Shown here in pieces: positions 19,497 to 29,789 of a stretch of DNA of 64,000 bases. The position numbers and the translations under genes were made by a program. A model generated the notes under the pieces. The model was not told the origin of the DNA. It did no database searches and was given only the letters and a program-made list of their open reading frames with translations. Within the stretch, counting starts at the first letter, position 1; every line of letters starts with the position of its first letter. Source of the DNA: Dehalococcoidia bacterium (GTDB lineage Bacteria; Chloroflexota; Dehalococcoidia; Bin125); assembly GCA_963555985.3 (NCBI GenBank), contig OY820591.1:352001-416000 (forward strand). The letters run 5' to 3'.

Positions 19497-20435
19497 ATGC
19501 GTGTCGCAGTGCTGGGCGGGAGCGGCTTTATTGGGCCGCGCGTGATGCGGCGGCTGGTCGAGCATGGACACGAAGTCCACTGCATGGACATCAATCCCAA
19601 CGCGCCGGTGCTCGACCCGCTGCGCGACCGGATCGAGATCTCCCACGGCGACATCACGGTGATGGACGATGTGGTCGAGGCGCTGGTCGCGGCCAAGCCC
19701 GAGCGCGTGCTCAACCTCGCCTATGTGCTCGGCGCGTCCGAGGCCGACCCGCATCCGCAGGTGCGGATCAACATCCTGGGCATGGACAACTGCTTTGAGG
19801 CGGCGCGCCTGCTCGATATCCGCCGCGTGATCTACGCGAGCTCGCTGGCGGTCTACGGTCCGCAGCGATTGCACGGCGACAAGATGGTGACCGAGGACGA
19901 CCTGTGCCTCGGCCGGGGCATCTACTCGGTCTCGAAGCGATTCAACGAGCACCAGGCGGACTGGTACAACCGCGCCTACGAGATGGCGATCACGGGCATC
20001 CGTCCGGCCAACATCACCGGTCCCGACAAGGTGCGCGGTTCGATGAATCACGTCCAGTGCCAGGTGCTGCCGGCGCGCGAGGAGCCGGTCAGTTTCCCGC
20101 ATCGGGACACGATGACGCTGCCGCTGCATGTGGAGGACATTGCGGAGGTCTTCGTGCGCGTGACGCTCGCAGAGGAGACTGCCCACGCGATCTACAACTC
20201 GGGCGGACACCCGACCAGCATGGGCGAGCTCGCGGATACGGTGCGCGAGTTCCTGCCCGAAGCGGAGATCACATTCGACGCGGACGAGGGCGGGCACGAC
20301 GCCTCGGGGCTCTACCTGATGGACAACTCGCGCCTGGTTGAGGAGTTTGAGGTCGAATACGCGCCCTTCGAGCAGCGCGTGCTGGAGACGATCAACGAAG
20401 TCCGCAGCGGCGAAGGGCTGCCTGCGGTCGGCTAG
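19497..20435 (+). CDS. NAD-dependent epimerase/dehydratase (extended SDR)
   Basis: GGSGFIG, ASSLAVYG, YSVSK, LHVEDIA. Confidence 0.92.
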   Translation: MRVAVLGGSGFIGPRVMRRLVEHGHEVHCMDINPNAPVLDPLRDRIEISHGDITVMDDVVEALVAAKPERVLNLAYVLGASEADPHPQVRINILGMDNCFEAARLLDIRRVIYASSLAVYGPQRLHGDKMVTEDDLCLGRGIYSVSKRFNEHQADWYNRAYEMAITGIRPANITGPDKVRGSMNHVQCQVLPAREEPVSFPHRDTMTLPLHVEDIAEVFVRVTLAEETAHAIYNSGGHPTSMGELADTVREFLPEAEITFDADEGGHDASGLYLMDNSRLVEEFEVEYAPFEQRVLETINEVRSGEGLPAVG

Positions 20436-20518
20436 CAGGCTGCATCGCCTGTTCCGATACCCTGCCCGGCGATGCCCGTCCGAGCTCCCGGGCGGCTGAG
20501 CAGAACGAAGCGCCCGCT

Positions 20519-21646
20519 ATGCCAAAGCAAATCCGCTCCAAGATCACCAGCGACGGTCAGCTTGAGCTGTCGCTCGCTGAGGTTGAGATCCCCGCGCCCG
20601 CTCCCGACGAGGTTGTTGTGCGGGTCGAGGCCGCGCCGATCAACCCGTCCGACCTCGGCCTGTTGATCGGCCCCGCCGACATGAGCCAAGCGCAGGTCTC
20701 GGGCACGCCCGCTGCTCCGATCGTGACCGCGCCGATCCCGCCCGCGCTGCTGGCGTTGCAGGCCGACCGCTTCGATCAGTCGCTGCCTGCGGGCAACGAG
20801 GGCGCGGGCGTCGTCGTCGAGGCCGGTTCCAGCGAGGCCGCCCAAGCCTTGCTCGGCAAGACGGTGGCGCTGATCGCCCGCGAGATGTACTCGCAGTACC
20901 GCGTGGTCGATGCCGGCCAGTGCCTCGTGCTGCGGGAGGGGACGACTCCGGAGCAGGGCGCTTCCTGTTTCGTCAATCCGCTGACGGTGCTGGGGATGGT
21001 CGAAACGATGCGGCTAGAGGGCCATACGGCGCTCGTGCATACTGCGGCCGCTTCGAACCTCGGGATCATGCTGCAGAAGGTCTGCATTGACGAGGGGATT
21101 GATCTGGTCAACATCGTGCGCAGGCCGGAGCATGTCGAGCTGCTGCGCGGGATCGGGGCGCGCTATGTCTGCGACACCAGCTCGCCGTCGTTCGAGGATG
21201 ACCTGACCGCGGCACTGATTGAAACCGGTGCCACGCTGGGATTTGACGCCACCGGCGGCGGCCGTCTGGCCGGGCAGATCCTGAGCTGTATGGAAGCCGC
21301 CGCGAAGGCCAAAGAACCCGGCTTCAGCCGCTACGGTTCCAACGTCTATAAGCAGGTCTACATCTACGGCGGTCTCGACACTTCGCCGACGGTGTTCCAA
21401 CGTAACTTCGGTCTGGCCTGGGGACTCGGCGGCTGGTTGCTGACGCCCTTCCTGGAACGAGTCGGTCCGGAGGCGGCCGAGCGCCTCCGCCAGCGCGTCG
21501 CCGACGAGATCACGACCACCTTTGCGAGCCAGTATGTGAGGGAGATCTCGCTCGCCGAGGCGCTCGAGCTTGAGCACATCGCGGTCTACAACCGGCGCGC
21601 GACCGGTGAGAAGTACTTAGTCAACCCGAACAAGGATATCGGCTGA
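20519..21646 (+). CDS. MDR-family (quinone reductase-like) oxidoreductase
   Basis: PINPSD, GNEGAG, FVNPLT, HTAAASNLG, FDATGGG. Confidence 0.88.
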   Translation: MPKQIRSKITSDGQLELSLAEVEIPAPAPDEVVVRVEAAPINPSDLGLLIGPADMSQAQVSGTPAAPIVTAPIPPALLALQADRFDQSLPAGNEGAGVVVEAGSSEAAQALLGKTVALIAREMYSQYRVVDAGQCLVLREGTTPEQGASCFVNPLTVLGMVETMRLEGHTALVHTAAASNLGIMLQKVCIDEGIDLVNIVRRPEHVELLRGIGARYVCDTSSPSFEDDLTAALIETGATLGFDATGGGRLAGQILSCMEAAAKAKEPGFSRYGSNVYKQVYIYGGLDTSPTVFQRNFGLAWGLGGWLLTPFLERVGPEAAERLRQRVADEITTTFASQYVREISLAEALELEHIAVYNRRATGEKYLVNPNKDIG

Positions 21647-21662
21647 GCTTTTCAGCACGCCG

Positions 21663-23222
21663 CTACGGGCGGAAGGTCGGGCCGGAGCCGGGGCCGAGTT
21701 GGGTTTTGATCACGCCTTGGGCTAGCTCCACGAAGTCGCAGAGGCGGGCGCGTGTTTCGCGGGGGTCGATTAAGTCGAGGCCGCTTGCTTCGGCGGTGCG
21801 GAAGGGTGAGGAGATGCGCTGGAAGGTCTCTTCGAGTTCCTGCCGCTTCGCCTCCGGGTCGGGGGCGGACTCGATCACGCGGCGGAAGGCGGCGCTGGTG
21901 CCGCCTTCGATGTGCATCGATCCCCAGTGGCCGGAGACCCAGGCGAAGCGGCGGTAGAGGTGCGGTCCGGGGCGGTACTGGAGGCTGCCGGCCAGACCGA
22001 ACGACTGTCGGCAGATGAACGAGATCCAGGGCATTTTGCTATGCACGATGGCGTGCACCAGGCGCGAACCGGCGCGCTCGATGCCCTGCTCTTCGGAGGC
22101 GGGACCAACGAGGAAGCCGGGGTCGTCCATGAGCACGACCATGGGAATGTGGAAGGTGTCGCAGAGTTGGACCAAGCGCGTTGACTTCTCGGCGGCGGCG
22201 ACATCCATTGAGCCGCCCCGCTGGTAGGGGTTGTTGGTCATCACGCCGACCGGATAGCCGTTGGCGCGCGCCAAGCCCACGATCCGCGACATCCCGTAGT
22301 CCGGCGCGATCTCGAAGAACGAGTCTTGGTCGAGCACGCCCTCGATCATCACGCGCGCGTCGTAGGGCCGACGCTTGTTGCGCGGAATCAAGGTGAGCAG
22401 GCGCTCGTCGCGGCGGTTGGGATCGTCGCTGGTGTCGCCGCGCGGCGGCAGCTCCCAGACGTTGTCGGGCAGGTAGCTGAGGAACTGTTTGACCTGTTCG
22501 ATGGCGTCCGCTTCGTTCTCGGCCGCGTTGTCGACGACGCCGCTGATCTTGGTGTGGATCGCGTGTCCGCCCAGCTCATCCTTGTCGATCTCGAGTCCGA
22601 GCGCCGCTTTGACGACCGGCGGGCCGCCCGGGAAGACCTGTCCGGTGCCCTTGGCGATCACGCTGAAGTGACTGAGGCAGGGCAGCGGCGCGAGTCCGCC
22701 GGCGGCCGGGCCGAGTACCGCCGAGACCACCGGCACGACATTCAGCATCTTGCAGGCCTCCTCGAACTGGCCTCCGTCCGGGATATAGGTGCGGCCCAGG
22801 TCGGAGAACTCGGTCACGCTGCCGCCCGCGCCGTCGATCAGGTTCACCATTGGGAGCTGCAACTCGCTGGGGGTGGGATGCCCATGCCCGATGTCGACGC
22901 CGCCGTCGTCGGTGCGGGCGGAGCCGCCGCGAATCGTGAAGTCCTGCCCGCGTACGTAGACGCGGCGGCCGTTGACTTTGGCCAACCCGCGCACGCTGCT
23001 GACTGGGGTGAAGGAGACCAGCTCACCGCGTTCGTCGTAGGTGGCGCGACCCTGGAGTTTGCCGAGCTCGTCGAAGCTGCCCGGATCGGCCAGCAACTCG
23101 ATTCGCTCGCGCACCGTGAGTTTGCCTTGCGAGTGCTGCCGTTCGATTCCGCTCGGACCACCCATCGCCTCTTTCAGCGCATGGCGGCGCGCCAGTTCGT
23201 CGATCTCTTGTTGCCAACTCAT
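21663..23222 (-). CDS. acyl-CoA carboxylase carboxyltransferase subunit
   Basis: GKLTVRERI..L.D, QDFTIRGGS, GGPPVVK, LGG..IH..SG..D, DDPGF, IDPRETR. Confidence 0.92.
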   Translation of the reverse strand: MSWQQEIDELARRHALKEAMGGPSGIERQHSQGKLTVRERIELLADPGSFDELGKLQGRATYDERGELVSFTPVSSVRGLAKVNGRRVYVRGQDFTIRGGSARTDDGGVDIGHGHPTPSELQLPMVNLIDGAGGSVTEFSDLGRTYIPDGGQFEEACKMLNVVPVVSAVLGPAAGGLAPLPCLSHFSVIAKGTGQVFPGGPPVVKAALGLEIDKDELGGHAIHTKISGVVDNAAENEADAIEQVKQFLSYLPDNVWELPPRGDTSDDPNRRDERLLTLIPRNKRRPYDARVMIEGVLDQDSFFEIAPDYGMSRIVGLARANGYPVGVMTNNPYQRGGSMDVAAAEKSTRLVQLCDTFHIPMVVLMDDPGFLVGPASEEQGIERAGSRLVHAIVHSKMPWISFICRQSFGLAGSLQYRPGPHLYRRFAWVSGHWGSMHIEGGTSAAFRRVIESAPDPEAKRQELEETFQRISSPFRTAEASGLDLIDPRETRARLCDFVELAQGVIKTQLGPGSGPTFRP

Positions 23223-23341
23223 GGATGACTCCCTTGGTGATGTCTGACCGGCGGCGAACCGCAGTCTCCCGCTAGGTTACGGCGGAAACGTTGATGCCCG
23301 CCGACGAATGATGGCGATGCATACGCTGGTAGGCTGCCCAC

Positions 23342-24187
23342 ATGCTTGATGGTGTGAGCGTCTGCCTCTCGTTTGATCTCGACGCGATCTCGGTCTGGGT
23401 CGGTCCCAGGCGATCGAGGTCTCCGAACCTGATTGCGCGCGGCGAGTTCGCCACGGTCGGGACGGAACGCCTACTCAAACTCCTGGACCAACGCCAGATT
23501 CCAACGACCTGGTTCATCCCCGGCCATACGATCGATACCTACCCCGATACCTGCCGTAACGTCGCCGCCGCCGGGCACGAGATCGGTTACCACGGCTATT
23601 GCCACGAGGCGCCCTCGTCGGGGCGCGGCGAGACGGAGGAGCGGGCGATCCTGGAGCGCTCAATCGAGTGCATCGAGCGAATCGCCGGCCGGCCTCCCGT
23701 TGGGGAGCGACTGCCGGGCGGCAACCTCGGGCCGCGTTGGCTCGAGCTGCTGCTGGAGTACGGATTCTCGTATGACAGCTCGATGGCGCCCAACGATTAC
23801 CAGCCGACGTACTGCCGCGCCGGAGACGTTGCCAGGACGGACGGCCCGCACGAGTTCGGATCCGAGGTGGATCTGGTCGAGCTTCCGTTTGATTGGAATC
23901 TCGACGACTGGCCGCATTTCAGCCATGAGCCTCGAACCGGAGTCGAGGGCTTGCGCTCGCCCAACGAGGTTTACGAGATCTGGGCGGCCGACTTCGACTA
24001 CCTCTACCAGCGGGTTGGATCGGGTGTGTTCGTGCTCACGATGCATCCCCAGTGCATCGGCAAAGGCAGCCGGATGCTGATGCTGGAACGGCTCATTGAT
24101 TACATGAGCAGTCACGACGGCGTGCGCTTCCGGACGATGGCAGACGTAGCAGCCGAGTTCCGCGCGACCACGCCTCTGGGCGGCTGA
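23342..24187 (+). CDS. polysaccharide deacetylase (CE4/NodB, PgdA-like)
   Basis: LSFDLD, TWFIPG, GHEIGYHGYCHE, YDSS, LTMHP. Confidence 0.92.
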   Translation: MLDGVSVCLSFDLDAISVWVGPRRSRSPNLIARGEFATVGTERLLKLLDQRQIPTTWFIPGHTIDTYPDTCRNVAAAGHEIGYHGYCHEAPSSGRGETEERAILERSIECIERIAGRPPVGERLPGGNLGPRWLELLLEYGFSYDSSMAPNDYQPTYCRAGDVARTDGPHEFGSEVDLVELPFDWNLDDWPHFSHEPRTGVEGLRSPNEVYEIWAADFDYLYQRVGSGVFVLTMHPQCIGKGSRMLMLERLIDYMSSHDGVRFRTMADVAAEFRATTPLGG

Positions 24188-24232
24188 ACGACGATCCAAG
24201 CCACTGCGCCCGGCTATACCCCGCTGAGCTTC

Positions 24233-24439
24233 CATGTTGAAGACATCGTCGAGGTCTTCGTCCGCGTCACTCTCGCCGAAGAGACCGCCCACCCGATCGA
24301 CAACTCCGGTGGCCATCCGACTAGCGTCGGCGACCTCGTAGATACGGTGCGCACGTTCCCGCCTCAGGCAGCAATCACCTTCGATGAGGACGAGGGCGCC
24401 CACGCCCCTCCAGCCTCTACAGGGTGGACAACTCGCGCC
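24233..24439 (+). pseudogene. C-terminal fragment of the NAD-dependent epimerase (paralog of 19497..20435)
   Basis: HVEDIVEVFVRVTLAEETAHPIDNSGGHPTSVGDLVDTVR...ITFDEDEG aligns with the intact gene; no start, frameshift near the end. Confidence 0.85.
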
Positions 24440-24557
24440 CGACCGGCCGAGATCGCGTCTGTCAGCGCGCTTACCGAAAAGTGGAACTCGGAACCCTGTA
24501 CTCTGGTGTTCGCCGTGACGCGTGAGGCACGACGTCCGGCTGGAGAAGGATGTAACG

Positions 24558-26534
24558 ATGGCAGAGCGAAACTACTGGCAGCGAATCCGGCGGAATCGGA
24601 TGACGAGGCGGTCGCTCTTGCGCGCGTCGGCCCGGGCGGGAGTTGGCGCGACCGGTCTCGCGCTGGTTGGCTGCGGGGATGACGATGACGACGGTCAGCC
24701 AGCTGTCGCTCAGGCGCAGCAACAGCAGCAACAACAGCAGCAAGCGATGCAAGAGCAGGCGCAGCAGCAAGAGGCGATGCAAGAGCAGGCCCAGCAGCAG
24801 GCGATGCAGCAACAGACCCAGCAGCAGCAAGCCGAACAGCAGGCCCAGCAAGCCACCCAACAGGAAGAGGTGGCCGAGGAGATTGCCGAAGGAGCCGGCG
24901 AGGTCGAAGAGGCATGGTCGATGCCGCTTCCGCTGGACCAGGTCGATCTGGACGCCGAGATTGTGATCGCCGTGCCCTCCGACTCCGGCGGGCTGGACCA
25001 TCACCGCACCGGCAGCGCGCAGAACTACATCAGCCACGGCGCCGTCTACAGCGGGCCGCTCGACCGCGATCCGCGCGACAACTCGATGCACGCCGGCCTG
25101 GCGACGCCGGAGTGGATCGACCCCGTCACGCTGCGGCTCGACATCATCCCGGCCAAGTTCCACGACGGCTCGACGCTGGTCGCCGGAGACATGGTCTTCA
25201 GCTACGACCGGATGGGCGGCTTGGCCGAATATCACAACGGCGGCGAGACGTCGGATCATCCCGGCGGCTGGGTGCCGGCCTACCCGGCCCGCAGCGCGCT
25301 GAACTGGGTGCGCAATGAAGCGCCCGACGACCGCACCTGGTCGATCGAGCTGCCCGGGCCCGACGCCGGCTTCCTGACCGTCAACATGGACGGCTCCGGC
25401 GAGGTGACGATCCACTCGCAGGCGGACACCGAAAGCCGCGGCGATCTGGCGCTGGACCAGGAACCGATGGGCACCGGCCCGTTCCGCTTCGTCAGCCACA
25501 CCGACGATGAGAACTTCATCTTCGAGCGCTTCGACGATCACTACAACCCGATCGATCACCCGCTGCGGGTCACGCACGTGCCGCACCACAAGCGGCTGAT
25601 CGGCTTGGTGCGGCCTGAGCTGCAGTCGCGCCTGGCCGGCCTCGAAGCCGGCGAGATCGACGTGATCTCCGAAGGCGTCGGCGTGCAGGCGGCCAAGCCC
25701 TACATCGACGATCCCAACTACACCGTGCAATATCAGCCGGGCGCCGGCTGGTCGGTGCACAACATCTACCCCAACCTCTGGCAGCAGACCACGCCCGACG
25801 GCGATCCCAATCCGTTCCTCGACATCCGCGTGCGGCAGGCCGCCAACCATGCGATCAACCGCCGTGCGATCATCGACAACCTGTTCCTGGGGGTCGGCGA
25901 AATGTCGATGCTCGTCTACAGCGGCGTGCCGGGCTATCCCAGCCCGGAGCAGAAGGCGGAGGTGGAATTCGATTACAACATCGAAAAGGCGAAGCAGCTC
26001 ATGGCCGAGGCAGGCTATGAGGACGGGATCGATGTGCCGCTCTACTACACGCCGGACTGGGGCGGCGATGTGGTCGCCGATCTGGTGCTGGTCGCGATTC
26101 AGGATCTCGCTCAGATTGGCATTCGCGTCACGCCGGTGGCGACGCTGGGCTCTGAGTACTTCACGCCGCAGTACTCCAGCGGCCGAGACGCAGCCCCCTG
26201 GGGCCTCTACTGGTTCTACGCCAACGCCGTCCCCGACATCGGCTCGATGTGGGAATGCTGCGGCAGCGCCGAGGGCTTCTTCACGATCTCCCCGCCGCAG
26301 GACCCGCGCCTGCAGGAGCTCTACAACCAGCAGCGGGTCGAGCAGGACCCCGAGCGCCGGCTCGAGCTGATCTCCGAGCTGCTGCTCGAACACACCCGCC
26401 AGGCCACCTTCATCTTCATCGTCGAACCGCCCGACACGGTCGTCACCCGCGCCGACATCAACTACCCGAAGGGAGGCCGGGTCGGCAACCTGAACTTCCT
26501 GATGACCTTCGCGATTCAGAAGATCAAGACCTGA
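24558..26534 (+). CDS. family-5 ABC substrate-binding protein, Tat lipoprotein with Q/E-rich linker
   Basis: TRRSLL...LVGC lipobox, KFHDG, PMGTGPF, DIRVRQAANHAINR. Confidence 0.92.
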   Translation: MAERNYWQRIRRNRMTRRSLLRASARAGVGATGLALVGCGDDDDDGQPAVAQAQQQQQQQQQAMQEQAQQQEAMQEQAQQQAMQQQTQQQQAEQQAQQATQQEEVAEEIAEGAGEVEEAWSMPLPLDQVDLDAEIVIAVPSDSGGLDHHRTGSAQNYISHGAVYSGPLDRDPRDNSMHAGLATPEWIDPVTLRLDIIPAKFHDGSTLVAGDMVFSYDRMGGLAEYHNGGETSDHPGGWVPAYPARSALNWVRNEAPDDRTWSIELPGPDAGFLTVNMDGSGEVTIHSQADTESRGDLALDQEPMGTGPFRFVSHTDDENFIFERFDDHYNPIDHPLRVTHVPHHKRLIGLVRPELQSRLAGLEAGEIDVISEGVGVQAAKPYIDDPNYTVQYQPGAGWSVHNIYPNLWQQTTPDGDPNPFLDIRVRQAANHAINRRAIIDNLFLGVGEMSMLVYSGVPGYPSPEQKAEVEFDYNIEKAKQLMAEAGYEDGIDVPLYYTPDWGGDVVADLVLVAIQDLAQIGIRVTPVATLGSEYFTPQYSSGRDAAPWGLYWFYANAVPDIGSMWECCGSAEGFFTISPPQDPRLQELYNQQRVEQDPERRLELISELLLEHTRQATFIFIVEPPDTVVTRADINYPKGGRVGNLNFLMTFAIQKIKT

Positions 26535-26560
26535 GTCTGCGGGTTCCGGTGCTTCCCTTC

Positions 26561-26685
26561 TCTCTCCCCCCGCTCTGCGGGGGGAGATGTCCCGCAGGGA
26601 CAGAGGGGGGTCCGCCTCACTCTCCAGCGCCGACCAGACCCCCCTCTGCCTTCGGCATCTCCCCCCGCAGAGCGGGGGGAGAGGG
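26561..26685. repeat. REP-like family 1, inverted doublet
   Basis: CTCTCCCCCCGCTCTGCGGGGGGAGATG...CAGAGGGGGG followed by its reverse complement; single copies at 41341, 52812, 55172. Confidence 0.85.
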
Positions 26686-26766
26686 AAACCCGTCCTCCGT
26701 CAAGAAACTCCGAGTCTGGGATTTCCGTAGACTGCGCCAACCACAGCGTGCCCGACCTGAGATCTG

Positions 26767-27705
26767 ATGCAGTTCTGGAACTACCTCATCATCCGGCTGA
26801 TTCAGGCGATCTTCGTCACGTTGTTGGTCGTCACGATTGTCTTCTTCGTTTCGCGCAGTGTGGGCAATCCGGAGGAGTCGCTGCTGCCGCCGCTGACGAC
26901 GACGACGGAGGACAAGGCGCGCTTTCGCGAGCTGCTGGGGTTGAACGATCCGCTCCACGTCCAATACGGCAACTTCCTGCTCGACTTGCTGCAAGGCGAC
27001 TTCGGGACCTCCTGGCGGGGCGGCGGTACGTCGGCGATCGATTCGATCGGCGAACGGGCGCTGAATACGGTGCAGTTGGGAGTGGCCGGCGTGGTCTTCG
27101 CGTTGGTGTTGGCGGTGCCGCTGGGGATCATTGCCGCCTTGAGACGCGGCACGGTCACTGACTGGCTGGCGCGCTTTGTCGCGGTGGTCGGCCAGGCGAC
27201 GCCCAGCTTCTGGCTGGGCCTGATGATGATCTTCTTCTTTGCCGTGCAGCTTGGCTGGTTCCCGACCGGCGGCGCGAATGACGGCTTCCGCTCGCTGATC
27301 TTGCCTGCGATCGCGCTCGGATTGTTTGAGATGGTCGCGATCATGCGCCTGACCCGCTCGGGCATGATCGAGGTGATGGATACGGACTTCGTGCGTACGG
27401 CGCGGGCCAAGGGTTTGAGTGAGCGGACCGTGATCTGGCGTCACGGCGTGCGCCACGCACTCTTGCCTGTGGTCACGATGCTCGGTCTCTCGCTCGGCCG
27501 ATTGATCGGCGGAACGGTAATCATCGAGATGGTCTTCGCCTGGCCCGGCATCGGGCGGCTGATCATCGATTCGATCCTCAAGAACGACTTTCCGATGGTG
27601 CAGGCCTCAATCATCGTGCTGGCTGCGTCGATTGCGATTGTCAACCTGGTCGTTGACGTGTCGTATCGCTTCATCGATCCGCGGATTCGGGCGGGAGCGG
27701 CCTGA
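26767..27705 (+). CDS. ABC transporter permease (DppB-like)
   Basis: GLNDPL..QY, PSFWLG, RTARAKGL, IEMVFAWPGIG, IDPRI. Confidence 0.93.
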   Translation: MQFWNYLIIRLIQAIFVTLLVVTIVFFVSRSVGNPEESLLPPLTTTTEDKARFRELLGLNDPLHVQYGNFLLDLLQGDFGTSWRGGGTSAIDSIGERALNTVQLGVAGVVFALVLAVPLGIIAALRRGTVTDWLARFVAVVGQATPSFWLGLMMIFFFAVQLGWFPTGGANDGFRSLILPAIALGLFEMVAIMRLTRSGMIEVMDTDFVRTARAKGLSERTVIWRHGVRHALLPVVTMLGLSLGRLIGGTVIIEMVFAWPGIGRLIIDSILKNDFPMVQASIIVLAASIAIVNLVVDVSYRFIDPRIRAGAA

Positions 27706-28598
27706 TGGCGGAGAGCGCGGCAGCGACGGTCGAGGTAGCGCTAGGCAGGCGGCGGCGCCGGATTCGTTGGCGGCGTTATCTGGGATTGTCGGTACCCGCG
27801 TTGATCGCGCTGGTGGTGATCGTGGCCGGGATCTTCGCCGAGTTGCTCCAGACGCACGAGCCGGAATTCATCGACCTGGCCGCGCGCCTGTCGCCGCCCA
27901 TCTTCGACGGCGGGACCTGGGACCATCCCCTCGGTACCGACGAGTTGGGGCGCGACATCTACAGCAGGCTGCTGCACGGGGCGCGCGTGTCGTTGATCGT
28001 GGTGGGGATCGTCGTTCCGGGCGCGGCGCTGTTCGGGACGCTGATCGGCCTGGTCTCCGGTTGGGTCGGCGGCATGACCGGGCAGATTCTGATGCGGATC
28101 GTGGACGTGCAGCTGGCCCTGCCGGCGATCCTCTTCGCGGTGCTGATGGCAAGCCTGGTCGGGCCGAGCCTGACCAACGTGATTGTGATCCTGTTGATCT
28201 GGACTTGGCCCTCGTATTCGCGGCTGGTGCGGGCGGATGTGCTCTCGCTGAGGGAGCGCGATTTCGTCACGGCATCGCGGTCGGTAGGCGCGGGCCCGTG
28301 GTGGATTATGCGTAAGCATCTGTTCCCGAACGTGCTCAACACGATCGTGATCATCATGACCCTGGAAGTGGCGCTCGTGATCCTGGCCGAAGCAGCGCTC
28401 AGTTTCCTCAGCGTTGGGGTGCCGCCGGGCACGTCGTCGTGGGGCGCGATGATCTCGGAGGGCCGCGACACGATGAATGTCGCCTGGTGGCCGATCTGGT
28501 TGCCGGGCCTGACCTTGCTGATCATCTCGCTGACCGGCAATCTGATGGGCGATTGGCTGCGGGATGCGTTGGATCCTCGGTTGCGCAACTTGCGTTAG
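27705..28598 (+). CDS. ABC transporter permease (DppC-like)
   Basis: HPLGTDELGRD, EAALSFL, GDWLRDALDPR. Confidence 0.93.
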   Translation: MAESAAATVEVALGRRRRRIRWRRYLGLSVPALIALVVIVAGIFAELLQTHEPEFIDLAARLSPPIFDGGTWDHPLGTDELGRDIYSRLLHGARVSLIVVGIVVPGAALFGTLIGLVSGWVGGMTGQILMRIVDVQLALPAILFAVLMASLVGPSLTNVIVILLIWTWPSYSRLVRADVLSLRERDFVTASRSVGAGPWWIMRKHLFPNVLNTIVIIMTLEVALVILAEAALSFLSVGVPPGTSSWGAMISEGRDTMNVAWWPIWLPGLTLLIISLTGNLMGDWLRDALDPRLRNLR

Positions 28599-28617
28599 AC
28601 AAAGGGTTGCGCGATAT

Positions 28618-29703
28618 CTAGAGCGCCTCGGCGATTGCGGCGCCGAGGTCGGCGGTTGAGGCGCGGCCGCCGATGTCGGGTGTGCGGGGCGCGCCGCTTT
28701 TGGGGTCAAGCACGGTCTCGATTGCGCCGAGGATTGCGTCGTGGGCGCGTTGGTAACCGAGGAAGTCGAGCATCATCGCGCCGCACCAGATCTGACCGAT
28801 CGGGTTGGCGATGCCCAGTCCGGCGATGTCGGGCGCGGAGCCATGCACTGGCTCGAAGAGGGAGGGGAAGGCACCCGGTGGGTTGAGGTTGGCGCTGGGC
28901 GCGATGCCGATCGTGCCGGTGCAGGCCGGTCCGAGGTCACTGAGGATGTCGCCGAAGAGGTTGCTGGCGACGACGACATCGAAGAAATCGGGCCGCTGGA
29001 CGAAGTGGGCAGTGAGGATGTCGATGTGGAACTTGTCGACCTCGACCTCGGGATAGCTTGAGGCCATTGCCTCCACGCGCTCATCCCAGAACGGCATCGT
29101 GATTGCGATCCCGTTGGACTTGGTGGCGCTAGTGAGATGCCGCTTGGGGCGCGACTGGGCGAGCTCGAAGGCGTACTTGAGCACCCGGTCGACGCCGACG
29201 CGGGTCATCACGGTCTCCTGCATCACCATCTCGCGCTCGGTGCCCGAGAAGATGCGGCCGCCGATGCTGGAGTACTCGCCTTCGGTGTTCTCGCGCACGA
29301 TGTACATGTCGATCTCGCCCGGCTCGCGGGGGCTGCCGTCGCGGCGCACGACTGGCGCGATGATGCCTGGCATGAGGCGCGCAGGGCGCAGATTGATGTA
29401 CTGGTCGAACTCGCGCCGGAACTGGAGCAGTGAGCCCCAGAGCGAGATGTGGTCGGGGATCCGCTCAGGCCAGCCGACCGCGCCGAAGAAGAGCGCGTCG
29501 TGTCCGCCGATCTGGTCTTTCCAGTCGTCGGGCAGCATCTGGCCGTGCTGCTCGTAGTAGGGCCAGGAGGCGAAGTCGAAGTAGTCGAAGGTCAGATCGA
29601 GCTCGAACTTGGTCGCAGCTGTTTCGAGCACGCGAATGCCCTCCGGCACGACTTCCTTGCCGATACCGTCGCCTAGGATGACGGCGATTCGCTTTGTACT
29701 CAT
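28618..29703 (-). CDS. tartrate/D-malate dehydrogenase (IDH/IPMDH family)
   Basis: GDGIGKEV, DHISLWG, RENTEGEYS, TKSNG, NLFGDILSDL, FEPVHGSAPDI. Confidence 0.92.
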   Translation of the reverse strand: MSTKRIAVILGDGIGKEVVPEGIRVLETAATKFELDLTFDYFDFASWPYYEQHGQMLPDDWKDQIGGHDALFFGAVGWPERIPDHISLWGSLLQFRREFDQYINLRPARLMPGIIAPVVRRDGSPREPGEIDMYIVRENTEGEYSSIGGRIFSGTEREMVMQETVMTRVGVDRVLKYAFELAQSRPKRHLTSATKSNGIAITMPFWDERVEAMASSYPEVEVDKFHIDILTAHFVQRPDFFDVVVASNLFGDILSDLGPACTGTIGIAPSANLNPPGAFPSLFEPVHGSAPDIAGLGIANPIGQIWCGAMMLDFLGYQRAHDAILGAIETVLDPKSGAPRTPDIGGRASTADLGAAIAEAL

Positions 29704-29789
29704 CGTGACCAGTCCTTTGCCCGCGCTGTCGGAATGCTCAGCAAGCTAGCGTGTCCTCTAGCCTGCGCGGGACGGTGAGGAGCGATGGC

